Source of the DNA: an uncultured Methanosarcinales archaeon
GTDB taxonomy: Archaea > Nanobdellota > Nanobdellia > Woesearchaeales > GW2011-AR9
NCBI GenBank assembly: GCA_964344235.1
Contig: CAYFMJ010000005.1
Span: 1 to 45,797 of the forward strand
Length of the DNA: 45,797 nucleotides
Reading direction: 5' to 3'
Made by a program: the position numbers and the translations under genes
In this document: positions 44,696-45,797 of the stretch, one piece after another
Layout: each line of letters begins with the position of its first letter
Numbering within the stretch: the first letter of the stretch is position 1
Notes under the pieces: model-generated
The model's input: the letters and a program-made list of their open reading frames with translations, nothing else
What the model was told of the DNA's origin: nothing
The model's database searches: none

Positions 44696-45797
44696 ATGGG
44701 CAAATGGCCAGAATTCTTTGATTCATATTGTAAGTTCCTTAAGCAATCAATACAAGATAATGCTGTTAAGAACAGAAAATTTTACATTATCATCACAGAA
44801 AAGGATGATATTGCTATGCAGACGAAAGTCTGCGAAGAGAAACTCAGAAGTGTTGGTGTAAAAGTAAAAAGGTTAGATAATAAAGCATTGTTAGAATTAT
44901 TCTACAAATATGTTGCCCATAACAAGAAAAAGGAGTTAAAAGAAGATCAAGTCATTGAAGATTACACTCACTTTCTACTTTCACCAGAGAAAATTACGTT
45001 CCATCATGATTTCTTTGAAGTGAATAATCAGTTCTGTAAGGTTATCGCGGTGAAAGGCTATCCTCATACTGTTGAAATGGGATTCCTAGATAAAATTATT
45101 TCTTCTGGTGATAATTATGATATCTCTATACACATTCAACCGTTTCCCATTGAAGAAACTATGGTGCAATTGAATCGGGAATTGCAAAAACAGCAAGCTG
45201 ACCTTTACGCTGAGAGTAAGAAAGGGATTATTAATCCCTCTTTAGAGATTAAGTTCAATTCAACCCGAAAAGTTCTTGAAGATTTACAGCGAGGAAAGCA
45301 GAAACTGTTTAACGTTTCCCTGTATGTCATGTGTAAAGGGAAAACCAAAGAGGAAGCTGAATTAGTTTCCAAGCGTGTAAAATCTGATTTGGAGGGGTTG
45401 ATGATTCAATCTAAAATCCCCCTGTTCCAGTGCATGCAAGGGTATGAATCTCTTTTGCCTCTGGGAAAAGATACAATCAAATTAAAACGAAATATTCACA
45501 CGGAAGGGTTATCGGCGTTCTTTCCGTTTTCTTCTCCCTTCCTAGATATTCAAGACGGTGGCATCTTGTTAGGATTGAACAAAAACAAAATTCCGTATAT
45601 TAAGGATGTGTTCCAGTTAACGAATGCAAACGGCATCATCTTAGCAACGTCTGGAGCAGGTAAGTCATACTTCACCAAACTGATGATTTCACGGCAGTTC
45701 ATGAATGGTGCTGATGTTATCATCATTGACCCACAGGGCGAGTATCTTGCAATTACAGAACATTACAAAGGGGAAACGATTACGATCTCTAAGAACA
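44696..45797 (+). pseudogene. virB4: 5'-truncated second copy of the VirB4-like ATPase gene (runs off window end)
   Basis: Hand translation MGKWPEFFDSYC...ATSGAGKS...IDPQGEY matches residues ~170-534 of the 4723-7824 protein with about 26 differences in about 365 aa. Confidence 0.85.

Noticed and set aside
1-45797. CRISPR array or rRNA
   Set aside because: No regularly spaced repeat-spacer series or rRNA-like segment was seen.

Overview
This is an AT-rich archaeal window, most consistent with a DPANN genome (Woesearchaeota-like). Support: rpl10e, archaeal-type LeuRS and ArgRS, a NOG1 GTPase, an intron-containing tRNA, four TrmB regulators, and many genes that look leaderless (TATA 22-25 nt before the ATG). 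Five loci stand out. (1) An integrative element of about 8.6 kb (about 3320-11897) encodes a tyrosine integrase, a serine recombinase and a minimal T4SS-like set: a VirB2-like pilin, a VirB6-like protein, and a PrgI-VirB4 fusion with a C-terminal PD-(D/E)xK-like domain. No separate relaxase is recognisable. Its left end is a small ORF bracketed by inverted repeats. A 5'-truncated second virB4 copy lies inverted at the far end of the window. (2) An archaeal GGDEF protein has an intact-looking active site. (3) An operon divergent from a tandem-Lrp regulator encodes a viperin-like radical SAM enzyme, a CYTH protein, an NMP kinase and a NUDIX hydrolase. (4) A two-motif LAGLIDADG endonuclease ORF runs into a double-intron tRNA-Gln(UUG) and takes its stop codon from the D-loop intron; its ribosome-binding site is buried in a hairpin. 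(5) A PyrB-PyrI fusion is broken by a one-base loss in a poly-C run. All family calls are by motif recognition by eye; no database search was run.
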